Below the pieces are notes generated by a model, which was given only the letters and a program-made list of their open reading frames with translations, made no database searches and was not told the origin of the DNA. This document shows positions 37,916 to 52,670 of a DNA stretch of 64,000 nt, piece by piece. The translations under genes were made by a program, and so were the position numbers. Each line of letters opens with the position of its first letter. Within the stretch, counting starts at the first letter, position 1. Origin of the DNA: Camelus dromedarius (lineage: Eukaryota); NCBI RefSeq assembly GCF_036321535.1, contig NC_087437.1, positions 91,452,001 through 91,516,000 on the forward strand, read 5' to 3'.

Positions 37916-40900
37916 AGACTGAAAATAAATGTAAAGATATTCTTTTTTTCACAAAGTGACTCCCTACTTTGTCACTGACTAGAATAAGCAGTTCAAGGAC
38001 CAAATGTTCCAAGGGCCACATTTTAAGTTGAAGTGTTCTAGGGAATGAATGATCTCAAATTCTGGGCACTCTTCTTTCCTTTCTTTTCTCTCAGGTACTC
38101 TCTCATTCTCCCCTGCTTTGTAATTTCTCTGACACCATTAAAAAAATAGTTTGCCAAGTTTTTCTAATTCTTAGGAGGAGTGTTAGTCCAACTTACCTAG
38201 GACTCCTTTAATAGAAATAGAACATACAATTCACTTTTCAAAAATGTCAAGTATTTTTGTTATTTCTAGAATCAATTACCTAGCCTAAAATTTTCACTCG
38301 TCAACTTGCATGACTTGGCAGGGAAGAAAAATGTCTTAGAAATTTTTTTTAATCTTCAAATTTCAGAATTCTTGATCTAATATCACCCCTATTTTATTCA
38401 TACAATAGAATAAAGTAATGCTTCTCCATCATCCTCAAATTTGTATTTTGTGTTTATCCATTAGAGGAAGATAGAATTAAATCAAAATTTAATTTATTAA
38501 AATAGTTTTATTTAATGTTAACTTAGACATTTCAATGCTTTCAGCCTAAATCCAACAACTAGAAAAGTTAATCAGGTGAGTAGTATAAATAAGAACAAAA
38601 ACAAAATGAAAAGCTGGTTATTGATTGGGCTAGAATTTTATCAGGTAAATTAGCTGTGACAACAAACCATATTCTGTGCTAAGCAGAAAGTATCAGTCTA
38701 GGCAATTATGGATACTCATTTTTACACAAGAGTAGTACAAAATTAGTCTCACTACACTATCATCATTGAATATTGTTGAATAAAGAGTGGATTAATTATT
38801 TAGAATGAGCATATACATTGTTCGCAAGAAAGACCTCTGAATAACTTCTATGTTCAAATATCAAAAAGACTATCAGAAAATGACGGAATGCATTTTTAAC
38901 TAAAGTAAATTAGTAGTAGGCTCTTTTAGAGACTATAGGAGTAATTAATTGTTATAAATACTTAATATATATGAGATTTCTTAAAATCTCATAACTAATA
39001 AAATACTAGCCTAATTGATATAAGTAATATGAGCAACAGAGTAGTAATTAACTGTTTGCTACTTTTGTTGCAGAAGTTCTCGTTCGATTATGCATGGTTT
39101 GAGAGTTCTTTGATTTAGTGTTTGCATCTTGTTCATAATCTATGTCATAACATTATTCTCTATACTTTCAACACTGTTTTAAAAATTTATTTTCTAAATG
39201 GGACATCATCTTTCTATCAATTGAAAGTTCAGTTTGAACTTTTGTTTTAACTATGGTTGTGTAATTTAAGAGGTTATAAGATCTGATCCACAGAGCATAT
39301 TATTTAGTATATTTTCCCCTATTATTTCTTAAGCACAGACTGATTTGTAAATTTTTATCATTTACTTTATTAATATAATACTTCATTACAGTACTTTATA
39401 AAAGCATCTTTCACACATTATTAGCAGATTTCATCCATTATAAAAATAATTTAAACTATAATGAACATATAAATTTTTCAAACATTTTCATCTTTGGCAA
39501 AAATTCGTAAAATATCTGTTTTAAAAACACCTAAATATATTGGCATTTTTCAGGCCTCTAGTTTTTTCTGCTTTGAACTGTCCAATTTATGTGACCTTCC
39601 CTTAGCCTTTGAAAATACGCTATTGACACTCAGTTCACCACTGAGTTCCAATTTGTGATACACAGAGCAAACTTCAGGAGTCCGTTTAGATGATGGATAG
39701 AAACATGTTCTTTTTCTTTCACTGAATGTCACTTTAAGAACCTAATAGGTGAAATGTAGTTTTTCACAATGTCCCTGGGTTCTTAAGAATTCTGTGTTCA
39801 GTTAAATCTATCAAAAATCAGAGGTCGGTAGATGACAGATTTCTCCAACTTTACTCAAATGCACCAAGTAAATTCTGCATATTACATTTCTTCATCAATT
39901 GCTAGCTTTCTGAAGTGTGCTGTTATTCAGTGCATGTGTTTTTAGATCACCTGTAATTAATCTCTTTAAGATCCTATTTTCTTATGTTTACTTCCATAAT
40001 ATTCTACTGAAATAAATTCTATAGTTAGAGAGTTTGTTAACATATCCAAAATAATTAAGAAGTAAACAGATTTATACATGCTATATTCTTCAAGTACCAA
40101 CTGTATGTTGAAATAACTTTTGCCGAGAACATATTTTAAATAATCCTCATGCCTTCTATAACAAGGAAGTTAATTGAACCTCTGTTCTCCAGTTTGAACC
40201 AGTTTGGAATCTCTTTGGATTTAAAACAGCCTTCTGTAATCAAGCACTTTATAGTATCAGACCTAAGGCATCTTTGCGAATAAAATGCCTGCAAACAACA
40301 GTTTGGGGATTACATCTGGTCAATATGCAATGTTTGTAGCACTATGAGAAAAGTTCTTCCTCAGCAGTGAACTGGTGAGGTGAATAATTCAAGTAAGAGT
40401 TGACATTGCTGGAGGCCAAATTGCTGAAATATTTCTCGATTAGAATTATAAGAACATGAGAGATTTTTGGAGAGAGAATAAAGGTCATTTGGTCCATCAA
40501 GGCATATCCTTTTTAGTACTCCCATTTCCCCAAGGATAGCATCTAATTGTTTCTTGAATGACATTCCTGCTTTTTGCCTCAACAACTTTGCCTGCAGGCT
40601 CTTCTAAGCATTTATTATTCTCTACATGAAAAGGTACTTTCTGAAATATGTGCTGAATTTATTTTTTTAATTTCCATTTATGTCTTCCTGTCCTATAATC
40701 TGTGTTGAAATGGAAATAATAATTTGGGTTGACATTATCTGTGGCAGTTAAGACTTTATATGCTTCAAATCAGACAGCTCCAACCCTGTCCTCAATATTA
40801 CATGCCTGGATTTATGGTCCTTACAACCAGCACTGCATAGCAAACAGCGGTAGGGGTTCCAGTTAGAACATTTAATATTTCTAAAAGTCATAATCCCTCA

Positions 40901-40995
40901 AGTATATATATTTTCTCTGCAAAATAGAGACTGACACTTACTGAAAAATGACTAAAAATTAAATGAATTCATTGGTGTGTATTCCCGGTCACTTG

Positions 40996-41166
40996 CATAT
41001 ATATTATATATATACACACATATCTATTAATAAGTATATGCATATATACATATATATGCATACCTACACAATACATATATTTTGTGTGTATATGTGTGCA
41101 TGATATACACATACATATAATGTATATATATACAAAATTGTATATATATGTATATTTATATATACA
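40996..41166. repeat. Degenerate (TA)/(CA)/(TG) low-complexity tract
   Basis: Direct reading. Confidence 0.85.
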
Positions 41167-41599
41167 TTCTATTTCTCTTGGAAGGAGAATAATGAGAAAA
41201 GCAATTAGAAGTTTAGTGCTATTATCTAAACAGACATTTTATTCTGTATTTTTTTATCCAAGGTCAAACAATGAATTGATTGCCTTTACCTACATATTTA
41301 AAAAATATAAATTATAATAATTAAAACTTCCATAATTTTAGAAATATACATGTAAAATACATTATATCTTGAAGTAAACTGAATAAAAATTATGGTAACT
41401 ATTTTATAGACATGAAGAAATTAAGTCTGAAAACTCACATTTAGTGTGTTTCTAAACATCAACTAAAACCCCTTTTGCTTTTGATTTTGTAAATGTCAAG
41501 AAGAGAAAATCATTGCTTACCCAATAGACATCTCCCTTCTTAACATTAACCAAACTTTAGAAAATCAATCATTCTGTTGCAATGATACTATTTGGCATA

Positions 41600-42020
41600 T
41601 TAGTTGGGCCAAACATTATAATCAAACTTCCATTACAATGATGGCTATGTCTCCAGTGAGCTATAATCCAGGTTAAGCCAATTAATTAAACCAATCGTTT
41701 TCTGATATTACACTGGCATCAGTGATTGATTTTGGTTGATCCAATAAAATCAAGGCTCAGGATTTCGTTCTGACTTGTAGAAAATGATTATTTGTTTTCT
41801 CTTAGGTATGAAGGAGGAAGCATGTAGCTTGTAACAGGTGACAGCATATTGCCAGTCATGAAAGAACCTGGGACACAGCTTATGCCAATGTAAGCGAGTC
41901 AGAGACCCTCTCAAAGTGGAAACTGAAGCCCTGAAGCCAGTATGTCCATTTTTCAGTTACATGACCAGTAAAACTTTACATTGTTTAAACAAGTTTGAGT
42001 TTTGTTAACTGAGAAGGAAT
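41600..42020 (+). mobile_element. Old MaLR LTR (MLT1J/K/L-like)
   Basis: cagtgattg...gatccaat...cctgaagccag...tttttcagttacatga.ccagtaaa...ttgtttaaacaagtttgagtt. Confidence 0.6.
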
Positions 42021-42231
42021 GCATTCCGCTGAAAATTTAAATTTTATTTTTAAACTCGGCCACTTTTGCCCTTCTGGTTTTTACATATTTTTTGTGTATT
42101 TTGTATCTGTGTGAGTCTGGGTATCATTACATGCCATCGTTCTGCCTCACAAACTGCTCTTAAAGATCACCATAAATAAAATCAGTAAGAATAATTAAGA
42201 TACTACACTGACAACAATATAGGTAGGCAAA

Positions 42232-42275
<44 letters not shown>
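42232..42275. repeat. (CA)n microsatellite
   Basis: Direct reading, ~20 units. Confidence 0.95.
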
Positions 42276-42276
<1 letters not shown>

Positions 42277-45169
42277 ATGCACCAAAAAAAGAGCTAATTG
42301 GCCAAAGGAGGCAATGAGCATGGTCTGCTGGCTGGGCCTGGCAGCACATTGATCTCAACAATAGCTAATAGAAACATCAAATCCAATCTTGGGTAATTTT
42401 TAAAAAAATTATACAGGAGGGTCAATATCAGCCCTGTTACCCCCAAATAAGCTTATCCATGGAATTAACCAATCTTTTTAGAATATACTGAAACAGAATA
42501 TTGGTTCAGACTTTTGACCTATGTGTTACTTCTTAAAATGGACATAGGTGAAGAAAATTTCTCTTTTTATGATCAGGGATCTTGTCATTCGTTTTTATTG
42601 TCACAAGAGTAGGAGAAACTTTTCTATGATCATAAGAGATACTTTAATCACAAAGGAAGAGAAAAGATATGAAAAGTATTTTTTTCTTTTATCACAAGAG
42701 CAGCAGGACTCTCCCTTTATCACGAGCAAAGTGAATCTCTTTTCCCATATCTCCTTTTGAAACCACTTTTGGAATAAGAAGGTCATAAAGTTTAGGAAGG
42801 AAGACTGATTCTGAAAACAGTTACAATTTCTAGGCCAATTTTCTAAGATGGAAAACTGGTTTGAATCTCCAAGATTCTTTTCTTCCAACTGCAAAAATCT
42901 TCCTAATGTTTTAACCTCCAATGATCAAGGCATTAAAAAAAAAGATGGTGATTCAAAAATTTATTTATCCACTCTTGTTATTTCCAGGGTTCAGCAGGAT
43001 ATTCTAAAGGGACTTGGGTACTGGAGCCAGGACATTATAAAACTTTAAAGTATATGATATGTGCAATGTAAATTAATGGAGGGCCTCAGAGTTAGAAGAG
43101 GTGCTTTTGAAATTTAGTCAATGGTCATTAGTCCGAAATGACAAGCAAAGATTGACTTCCCAGTAGATAAACTATACTTTACAATTTGTCTTGCACTATA
43201 CACACTATGCAAACTCTCCAACTGTGGTTAATTTTATGCTGCCCTTTGATATGAGGCATCAGTGAATTTTTTTGAAAGTAAAAAAGAAATAATAGTAATA
43301 CCACTTGTGTGAGTTCACTGTGAAACTTACATACTCCATCTTTTCATGACAAATTCTGCTATTTTTCTAAATTAATTTAATAAGAGAAAAGAACTGTGAA
43401 TTTAATGAATTTGCATCATGTCAATTATTCTAATACATACTTGCATTGACCTTCAACTTTCAAAATATTTTAAAACACATTTTTGCAATAGAAATAAAGC
43501 ATGGAGTAGAAATTAACACGCACACTTCTAAAGGTTTGAATAATACATATATTAGTCAGCCATCTTCCAATAGCTAACAATTTCATACAGTTAATAGAGT
43601 ATCACCAGAAAGGCACTTTTATTTGTTAATGTTTTGGGAAAAGCCTGAAATTATGTGTGATTAGAGAATTATATAAATTGCCTCTTTTAATAATTCAATC
43701 TAGACAGTCAGTTTATATTATTTGAAGTAAATGAAGACATATTTGCTCTTCAGGTGTTAATTAGCCCAGTCCAGTAAAAATTCCTAATTTACAATGAAAG
43801 ATAAAGAACACTGCTATAACACAAGGTTCCTGCATCTCCACATACCACAATTATTCTTATAAATGACACCAGATTTCTAAAGCAAATCATTATCTGTGAG
43901 TAAATTGCACGCTGGCCTGACACGGCCTCCCAGAGAAGCTGGTGTATCTCTGGCCAATCTCTTTCTTTTCCCTGGTCTGTCCCTTTTCAACAAACACATT
44001 TAACAGCTGTGGATACAAACAAGGCACATTTGGCAAAAGTAGGAACCAGATGCCAAAGTCTGAATGTACGTTCTATTGAAAGCCTCAGGGCCTGTGGCTA
44101 ACTCCTTGGTGTCACCTCTGTTGGCCTCCTTTCTCAGTTGACTACTGGCAGGGATCAGAGGTACATCTGGAGATACTGTCAAGGTCATGCAGCTGTGGCC
44201 TGGTCTTGGCTCTCAGGGGATTGCAATCATTTTGAGGTGGTTTCCTAGTTCTAAGAATGTGTTTGTAGAAAGTCATTTTCAGCTCACTATATATACTGTT
44301 CTGAAATATTACCAGTGCTCACTGAAAATAAAATCCCCAAATTTAAGAATTTCAAAACTTTGCTGAGAACAAAACATTACTGTCTGAAACAGTTCAAACA
44401 CATCATTAGAAAGGGTGTTTTGAGCAAGCGTAAGGTACACATTAATATTAGATTCTGCATGATCCATTATTTCACCTACCTAGGCAGGAGTTTAGCAGCT
44501 TGTCATACCTCAGATTCTCTCATGCCTAAGGCCAGCTTGCATATAGAGAGTTCATGTGGAGGTCATTTTCAGAGAGCAGTAGGGAGGAGGAGAGAGGTGT
44601 GGGTGTTGGGGGCGGTGGGTAGTAAAATAGAGAAGATGGGAAATCCAACAACAGGGTAGGTTGATTAGTGCTAGATTTTACAACAACTTCTGGGGACTCT
44701 TCTGAAATATTTTTCAGAGGTGCATATCTGAGGAGGGAAAGCGAGAAGAATTGGTTTTCATTCCCTTGCAACCAAAAGTTATCTCCCATCCTCCCGTAGC
44801 ATCCAGGTTCTTAGAGGTTGTGCATATGAGAGCATTGGCCAGATTCCTATGGTCTTCTCTACTCTGTGAAATAAGAAAAGAAAGCATGGGCTTGCATCAA
44901 GTTACTGTCAAATCACCACCAAAAGAAAAGTAGCTGGATTCTGGAGTCAAAGGTGAGGCTTACGAGATTTAAAGTGGTAAATAAATAGGAAAAAAACACA
45001 GAGCTACTATTTTTCACAGTGCTTCTATTTGATGGCCATTTGAGAAAAAACAGAGGAACCAGAAATCCACACAGAAATAATTGTGGATAAAAGTGTTTCT
45101 CTGAAGAGGCTATTAATCCAAGCACATTTAGATTGTCTTAAGTGATTGAAGACTGTGTACCAAGAATTC

Positions 45170-45345
45170 ATCTTAGCTCTTTACATGTATTATCACACTA
45201 TTTCTCACAATAACTCTGACAGTATTCTTATCATTATTGTTCCATTTTTCAGTTGAGGAAACTAAGAACATGGAAAAGACACTTTTCCCGAGATCATTCT
45301 GATAGAAAATCCCCAAAATAGAATATGACCTTCCTTCTAATGAGC
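45170..45345 (-). mobile_element. MIR SINE
   Basis: tttacatgtattatc...ctcacaataactctg...ccatttttcagttgaggaaactaag core. Confidence 0.75.
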
Positions 45346-48300
45346 CCTAATCCATCAGTGACCTAAATATCTGTTACTCAGCCCAGATAAATGCCTTGTT
45401 TATTTCAGTGGCTAGGTGGTCCACCAGAGTTGCTCCACTCACAGGCAACTCCCTCATGCTAGCCGTAGATGGTGAGCATGCCTCACCCTTACCTACCCTT
45501 TCCCCTCTGCAGGTGGCCTTCAAGTAGCATCTCCCAGCTCCTCCCCCTCTGCCCTGCACCTATCCACTCACATGGTCACCTTCTTATGGGTTTTCAGAGA
45601 AGACTTAGAAAATAAACCACAACAAAACCAAACAAACAGAAAAGAAGATTAAATATTTATTTTACATTACTGATATGAAATCTTACTACTCTTCAAAGAA
45701 ATGGTGGGTGCTGCTCACTCACTGGAACATGAAGAGTGAAGAGAAAAAACAGACAAAAATAAAAGAACTAAATCATCAATTTTACAACCTGCCATAGTTT
45801 TATATGTAGAAGAATATCAGTTTCTACAAACTATATGATTAAAGTTTCCTTAAATGTAAGTTTGGAAGCAAGAAAATAACTGGAGTGAATGAAATGTGTA
45901 CTGGTGTAGCATAGATAATTTGATTTATCATTAGAGTATATGGAGGAGAGCTAATGGTTATCTTGAGTCCAAGAGAAAGAAGAATTTGCATTTGATAGGC
46001 AGAGGGGAAATCAATCTGGCTCCTCAAAGGGAAGTGAGGGAATATATAATACAGCATTTGAAAAAGAAAATCCTAGCCAGTTTTGTTAGGATTTGGTATG
46101 AATTGAAAAAAAAAAAGAAACAAGATAGTTGATGTCAAATATGAGTTGGTGAGGGATCTAGAAGATTTACCAAAGACATATTTGCTAAGATTTATTGATG
46201 GAAGAACTTATGAAATATATGACCATATATGATTCTAAGACATATCTTAGATAGATAGCCAAGGCTTATTTAGAGTTACAGGGACATTATATAAGAGTGA
46301 AAATTTCAAAGAAAATGTGTGATACACACTATTTTTATTATTTTAAATTTATGTTGCTACAATTCAACCCATTTTGGATTTGTAAATGAATGAATAAGTG
46401 AATCAACAAAACTGTTAATGGGTTAAAAAAAAAGAATGAAAAGACAGGAGAGGATACTGTGTATTAACTAAGCCCCCTGCCCCCTGCAAAAAAGAAAGAA
46501 AAAGAAAAAGAGTTTAAGATAATGTTCATCATAATACAAGCCTTCTGATGTTTTTCAAGCTAATGATTAAAGAAAAAATAGTAATGGTGGAGACCATAAG
46601 TAGCCCCAAATAGCATAGAAGAATCAGAGATTTTATAGATACAGAAAAAAATAGTGGCACTCGCATCCAATTCTGCAGAAAACATCCAAAAAATTATGGA
46701 AAAATATTCCTGGTGTGAAGAAACTTGACATCAGAAAATGATTCTAGTGACACAGAAGGAAGTAATGCAAGATATGAAGCAGACGTATTGACAAATACAA
46801 TGGAATGCTATGTCAAGTTGATTGTAGACTAACTTAGGGAAGGTGTTTTCCTTGATTCATCTTCACATCTCTCCAAATGCATTGCAGGGATACTTGAATA
46901 AAGCAAATCCTTAAAGCAAAATACTTTAACTGCAACATTATAAAGTGAGCAAAATAAATGAAACATTTAGTTGTACTTCTGAGAGATGACGATAAACTAT
47001 TAATGCACTGAAACAAAGATTATACCACAGTAAGAATCATGTACTAACATATGCAACAATAAATATACTAAGGAATAAAAGAAGTTTGCCAGATAAAACA
47101 AGCAAAGTCCTTTAGTTGTGACTTCAGAAATTTTAACTTCTACATCAAAGAAGATGAGACACAATCACTCATGTAGTCCATTCTGCTAGGTAACGTGATT
47201 ACATGCATTTCAGTTGAGTTTTATTCAGTAAAAAGTTTAAAAAGGTGGCAGCTATGCTGTTGGAAAAATGATTTTGATGTTCCAAGACATATATTTTTTG
47301 TTGTTCAGTCAGAACATACTAAGGATTCCAAGCCCCTGAGAAGTGTTGATACTATTTTAACAGGAGAATACTATTTCAACATTTGGAACAAACTAATAAA
47401 AATATCTACTCTAAACTTATTTTCAGGTTCATTAATATGCTGATAATAGCAAATATGTCATCATTTCTACTTTATGATCATGAAGGAATTATTTTGAATA
47501 CAAGGCTACATTTTATTGATTGAGAAAGTTAATATATGAACATCAAAGGTGTTGTTGCATGTGAAAAATAAGATGTTTATCCATTCAAACTAATAATTCT
47601 TGTAATATGATTAAAATTTTATTATATTATACATGTAGGTAATATATTTAAGAAGCATGGCATTCAGAAAATGTTTATACATCAAATAGCTTATTTAAGA
47701 TTTGAGTTATAACCGTGAAATGCCTTTGGTATTTTAAAAAGTAAAGTTATTTGAACACAAGTGCACAATCGAGCAATGTCTGCTGGTTGAACAGTATTTT
47801 TGTATTTTAATGATAAAGTTGTAGGTGGTTGCAAGCACTACTTTGGCAATTTTAAAATAGGAAACTTTTACCTTATGAATACTAAATGGTCAGGAACTAA
47901 ACACGAAGGGATAAAAACAAGGAGCAGCAGATGGGGAGGCTGTGGAGCCAACCATCTTTAAGGAGCTGAAACCAATTAGAAAGGTATCACTGAAAGCTAT
48001 TCCACAGCAGACCTAAAATGGAAAGCAAGTATAATGAGAAAACACCATGGCTGATAGCTCCTGAGGCCCCTGGCATGTCAAGAATCAGTAAAAGTGTAAT
48101 GTTAGCACCTTAATAAGCAATTTATGAGTAATTCAATGCAAGGCTGTTTCTGTTTTTGGAATCTAGATTGAACAGTGGATGAAATGGAAAACAGTTGGGC
48201 AATGCTATTAATCTGTGCACTAACCACATGTACAGATAGCTTCTGTGGGGTTGATAATTGGCAACAGGTTAAAAATGGAAGATCATTACATGTTAAGGAT

Positions 48301-51079
48301 TTAGAAAATGTAATGGTGTGTTCCTCCAGGGAAAGGAAAAAATGAACCTGTGGAAAAATGAAGGATTGCTGAACAAGTAGCGAGTCGTTTCCACACCTTC
48401 ATTATCAGTTTACCGTGGGAGACTTCAGATTTGTATTAAAAATTAAAGAATCAAATACATAGCTGCGTACTTTACAAGAAAATTTGGAGCAAAGGAAATA
48501 TTCTTCATCTAATAAAAACCTCAAAAACCCATTCCAAATAATTTCTCAGTATTTATCATTGATGGAAAATAGTTCACATATTGTCTGGGTTTTAAACTAT
48601 GTATAATGTGATTTGCTTTCAATCTGTGTTCTAGTGTATTTTTTTAAAACGATATGGTAGCATATATGATAATTTCAGTTATATGATATGGCTGATCACA
48701 TTGTTTAAGATAATCAATCTTTGAAAAGAAGTAAAGTAACAATTAAAATATTTCTCTTTGTTAATTATTTGAAATAATTTTAGTATATTTAATATAACAG
48801 TATTCACTTTAAGTTCTTCTGGGAAAAATCACTCTAAAGTCATACATTATTCAAATTGGTTGCACATCAGATGCTTTGAAGTATATTTTTTCAAGCTATC
48901 TAAAATACTGTTGCACATTCATATTCATCTACATAGATTGAACATTCATATATGGAAATAAAACAATGTAATTGAAATTTAAACATCATGATTGAAATAA
49001 ACTTTGGGGAAAGTCAATTAGGAAAACATGTTCTGCCTCCTCTGACTTAATTCATACTAAACCTGCAATATGTTAATTAAAGATCCTCTTGAAGTGCGAA
49101 ACTTGTCTGCATATGAAGATTTAAAACCCGAGTTTACCTGTCTCTTCATTTTATGTTGGGAACAAAAGTAAATTAGTCACAAGTGAATGTCAATTTTAAA
49201 CCTGGAAACTGGTCAATACTTTTAGGTTAATTGGAAAATTGTATATTATTTTTAAACATTCTAGATTATAAGGAGAATAAAATGATCACTATCCCCTAAG
49301 TAAATATTGGTATGTGTGATCATCTATGTTTCTGAAACCTGTATTGAATGTTATCTATGAATTATGAAATTTTTCTTGTTTCTCATAAATTTCTTAAGAT
49401 ACAGAATTGTAATTAAATTTTGCAAAATATCTATGTAAGGCCTGGAAGGTCATGAATGCTATTATCTTCACCTTATTAATCCAAACATTATTAATTCTTT
49501 CAATTTAAGAAAAAATATTTGCAAATAACAAGAGTTGCATATTTAGTCTTTCCATTCCTCTGTGAGGAAAAAATAAGACAAGAAAGCCCATTATTCATCT
49601 TGGTTCTGTTAATAATTATGCATATGTGCATATGATAATATACATAGCCTCATTTGGTCTCACATTTCCCTTTAGACTATCTACATTTTTCAAAAATTTG
49701 TAAAACATGGACAAAGTCGTGACAATGGCACCAATCTTAAAGGGGCACTTTAGTGTCATAGGAATTTAAATGAGATAGAGGAAGTTCTTTTTACTTAAAC
49801 TCTCAGGGAAAGTGGAACTTGTAGCTATGATCCCTCGGAGGACATATACAAATAACACCACTAGCTTGCTCCACTGCTTCTAAGAAGGTTGAATTTTGAC
49901 ACCTTTGAGACATTTTTTGAGTGAGTGTAGTGTACATGTCTGGGGCTACAATTTATTTATTTAGAACAATATACTGGAGGCTGGGTACTGCTACCAGGAG
50001 CTCTTTTTCTTTGTTCTTTCTCTCAAACCCATGGTGCTTAGATTATTTTCTCTGTAGTTGAAATGAATTCTTAATGAGCGCCACTTACACACAAACCGCT
50101 GTTGGCTTGCTTGGGTGTGTAGGTACTTTGAATGGGCTCTGAATCATCTCTAAAATGCTATGGGTTGAAGATGTAATAAGTGTGTCAACTACCTACTGTT
50201 CTTCATTTAAGAAAGCATCCACAATTGCCACAAAATTTTTAGACACCTGGAAGATTCTGCCCTGTGCTAATATTTTATTACTAAATGACCAGATCAGTCA
50301 AGTCCTTCTGTGAGGGGTAGGGCCAGCCCCACTGTGTTCTTCAAATCTCCACTCCCACCTTAACACAATACCTCAGGGGAAGAGAAAAAAAAAAAAACAA
50401 ACATAAAATTTCCTGTGATCGTTGGTAGTTTCATGCTCTGATTTCCTGAGCCAGTTCTGTCCTGGTGTTTGAGTTGTCAGTGCAGCATACCACTAGCAGT
50501 TGGCATTTTTACCTCCTTCAGGATAAGTCTAAGGAGAAATGCAAGCTTCTGACTGTTAATATATCTTGCAGTAGTTGTGTTTGAACACCTACATATTGAC
50601 ACATGTTATTTAATATAAATTATTTCCTTTTATTTGTCCATATTACACCTAGGATATTGCATTGATTTTTTGAAGTGTTTAAGTTGTTTATATTTTCTAT
50701 GAATTTCATTTCACAGTATGAAGCAGTGTTACACAGTATTGGTTATAAAATGAGACTTTGATACTGATACGCATTCTGGGAAACACCGCCCTTAATTGGT
50801 TCCATTCTCATTTCTCCCAACTTCCAGTTTGTTCCACTGTGTCATTTCTAAATAAACTCTCCTGCGGCCACACCATGATATGTTTGTTCTAATTTAAATC
50901 TAGTTCTCCCTGAATATGCTATTTCTTCTACAGAGTTCTTAAGTAGAAACTATTAATTTCTTCCCCTCATGGTGCATGTACCAAATGGCATCAAGGAAAT
51001 ATAAGTAAAACCCTTGTTTCAAGTTGCAGCTTGCCAGTTGCCTCACCTCCTTCCTTCTTAATGTACAGTCCATATGAAG

Positions 51080-52670
51080 TGAAGGTCATCAGAATTCACT
51101 GCACTTCATCCCTCTATGTTGTCATTTACTGACATTTGCTGATGAGTTCACTGCCTTGCTCACCTTATCCCTTTCCTCCTCTACTCTTCTCAGTACCGTT
51201 GATGATTTAAGCCATCACACTGATGATGCAACTAACCTCTTAACTTCCTGTTTCTTTATCTCCTTATCCAGGACAATGATCTTTCTTTAATGAGATCACA
51301 GGTCCCTGAAACACTTGTTCATATTTATGCTTCACCATTACCAATGAATGTCCAAAATTATCAATTTCAAATATTTCCTTTCTAACCATAGTAGTCAAAA
51401 ATGGAAATAGCCCAAATATCCACCAACTAGTAGATGGATAAACACAATTAAGTACATCCATACAATGGAATATTCTTTGACATATAAAAGAAATAAAATA
51501 CTGATACAGGCTACAACATGGGGGAACTTTGAAAGCATTATGTTAAGTTAAAGAAGCCAGACCCCAAAGACCACAGATTATATTATGTCATTTATAAGAA
51601 AAGTTTAAAACAAGTAAATCTTTAGACATGAAGATCAGATTAGTGGTTGCCTGGAGAAGGAGGTAGGAATGGGGATTAACTGTAAAGGGGCAGGTAGAAT
51701 CTTATTGGAGTTTTAGGAATGTTGTAAAACTGGTGGTCATGGTTGCCCAAATTGGTAAATTTCCAAAAATATTATTGAATTGTACACTTAAAATGGATGA
51801 ATCTGTGTTATGTAAATTATACTTTACCAGCCTTATGTGTCCTTTTCTTCTTAACCCAGCATAGATCTAATTATCATTCTCTATAGCTGACTCGAAAATA
51901 CAGTTAACTCCATTACCTCTCCCCTCTCTGATGTATTACTCTGTCTTAAAGCCACTGAATGTTCTTGGAGACAATCATACAGAACATTAAGTATTTCAAA
52001 ATGATGATAAAAAATTCAAATAGTGATCACTACTGCCAGACAACCATACCATACTTCTTTTGTAGAATCACTTTCTGAACTTTTGTTTTATAACATCCCC
52101 TGTTGTGTCACATCTCTGCCAAGCCAGCTCCCCTGTTACTCTCTGGTGTTATTCGCATCCTTTCACTCACATTCCTGTACCTGCAATCACACACTATGCT
52201 TTCACTCCTGGTAGAATGGAATAATAAATGCTTGTCCCAAACTAAAGATAACCTCTCTCTTAATACCCTAGATCCCACCCCAAATTACCAGTAAAAGGAA
52301 AAGACAACAAAAACAAACAAAAAAATTCCTCAGTCCTGCACTTGTATCAAATATTTCCTTTGATATCACTTTCTTCCCTTCTACAGAATTACCATTATTA
52401 TTGTCATAAAATTAACATTGTCATATACTTTTGTGATCTTCACCCACTTAGAGAAAATCCTATAACTCCACATGCTCATTCTGTTTCTATTCCTCTTCGC
52501 AGGGCTCAAAGAGTCATGCCTGCACTCTTTCTCCATTTCATTCCGTACGTTTTTTTCAGCACTCTATAATTAGGTACCAGTACATTCTAAATCATCCAAC
52601 ATTGAAATGTATAGCTTTTATTAAGGCCAATATTAACCCTCCCCCCTTTTTTTGGTCAAAATCAATGGCA
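51080..52670 (+). mobile_element. L2 internal (ORF2) remnant, interrupted by L1 at ~51388-51825
   Basis: Pyrimidine-rich; gatgatttaa...cacactgatgatgc...caatgatctt...ccattaccaat...aaaattatcaatttcaa.tattt; L2-like sequence continues to ...caaaatcaatggc. Confidence 0.55.
51388..51825 (+). mobile_element. L1 3' UTR fragment (L1MB-like)
   Basis: aaaatggaaatagcccaaatatcc...catacaatggaatatt...aaagaagccagac...gattagtggttgcctgg...tgaattgtacacttaaaatgg...gtaaattatac. Confidence 0.85.

Noticed and set aside
45405..45520. CTCF-like motifs (ccaccagag, ctgcaggtggcc)
   Set aside because: Only partial matches; cannot be scored without a PWM
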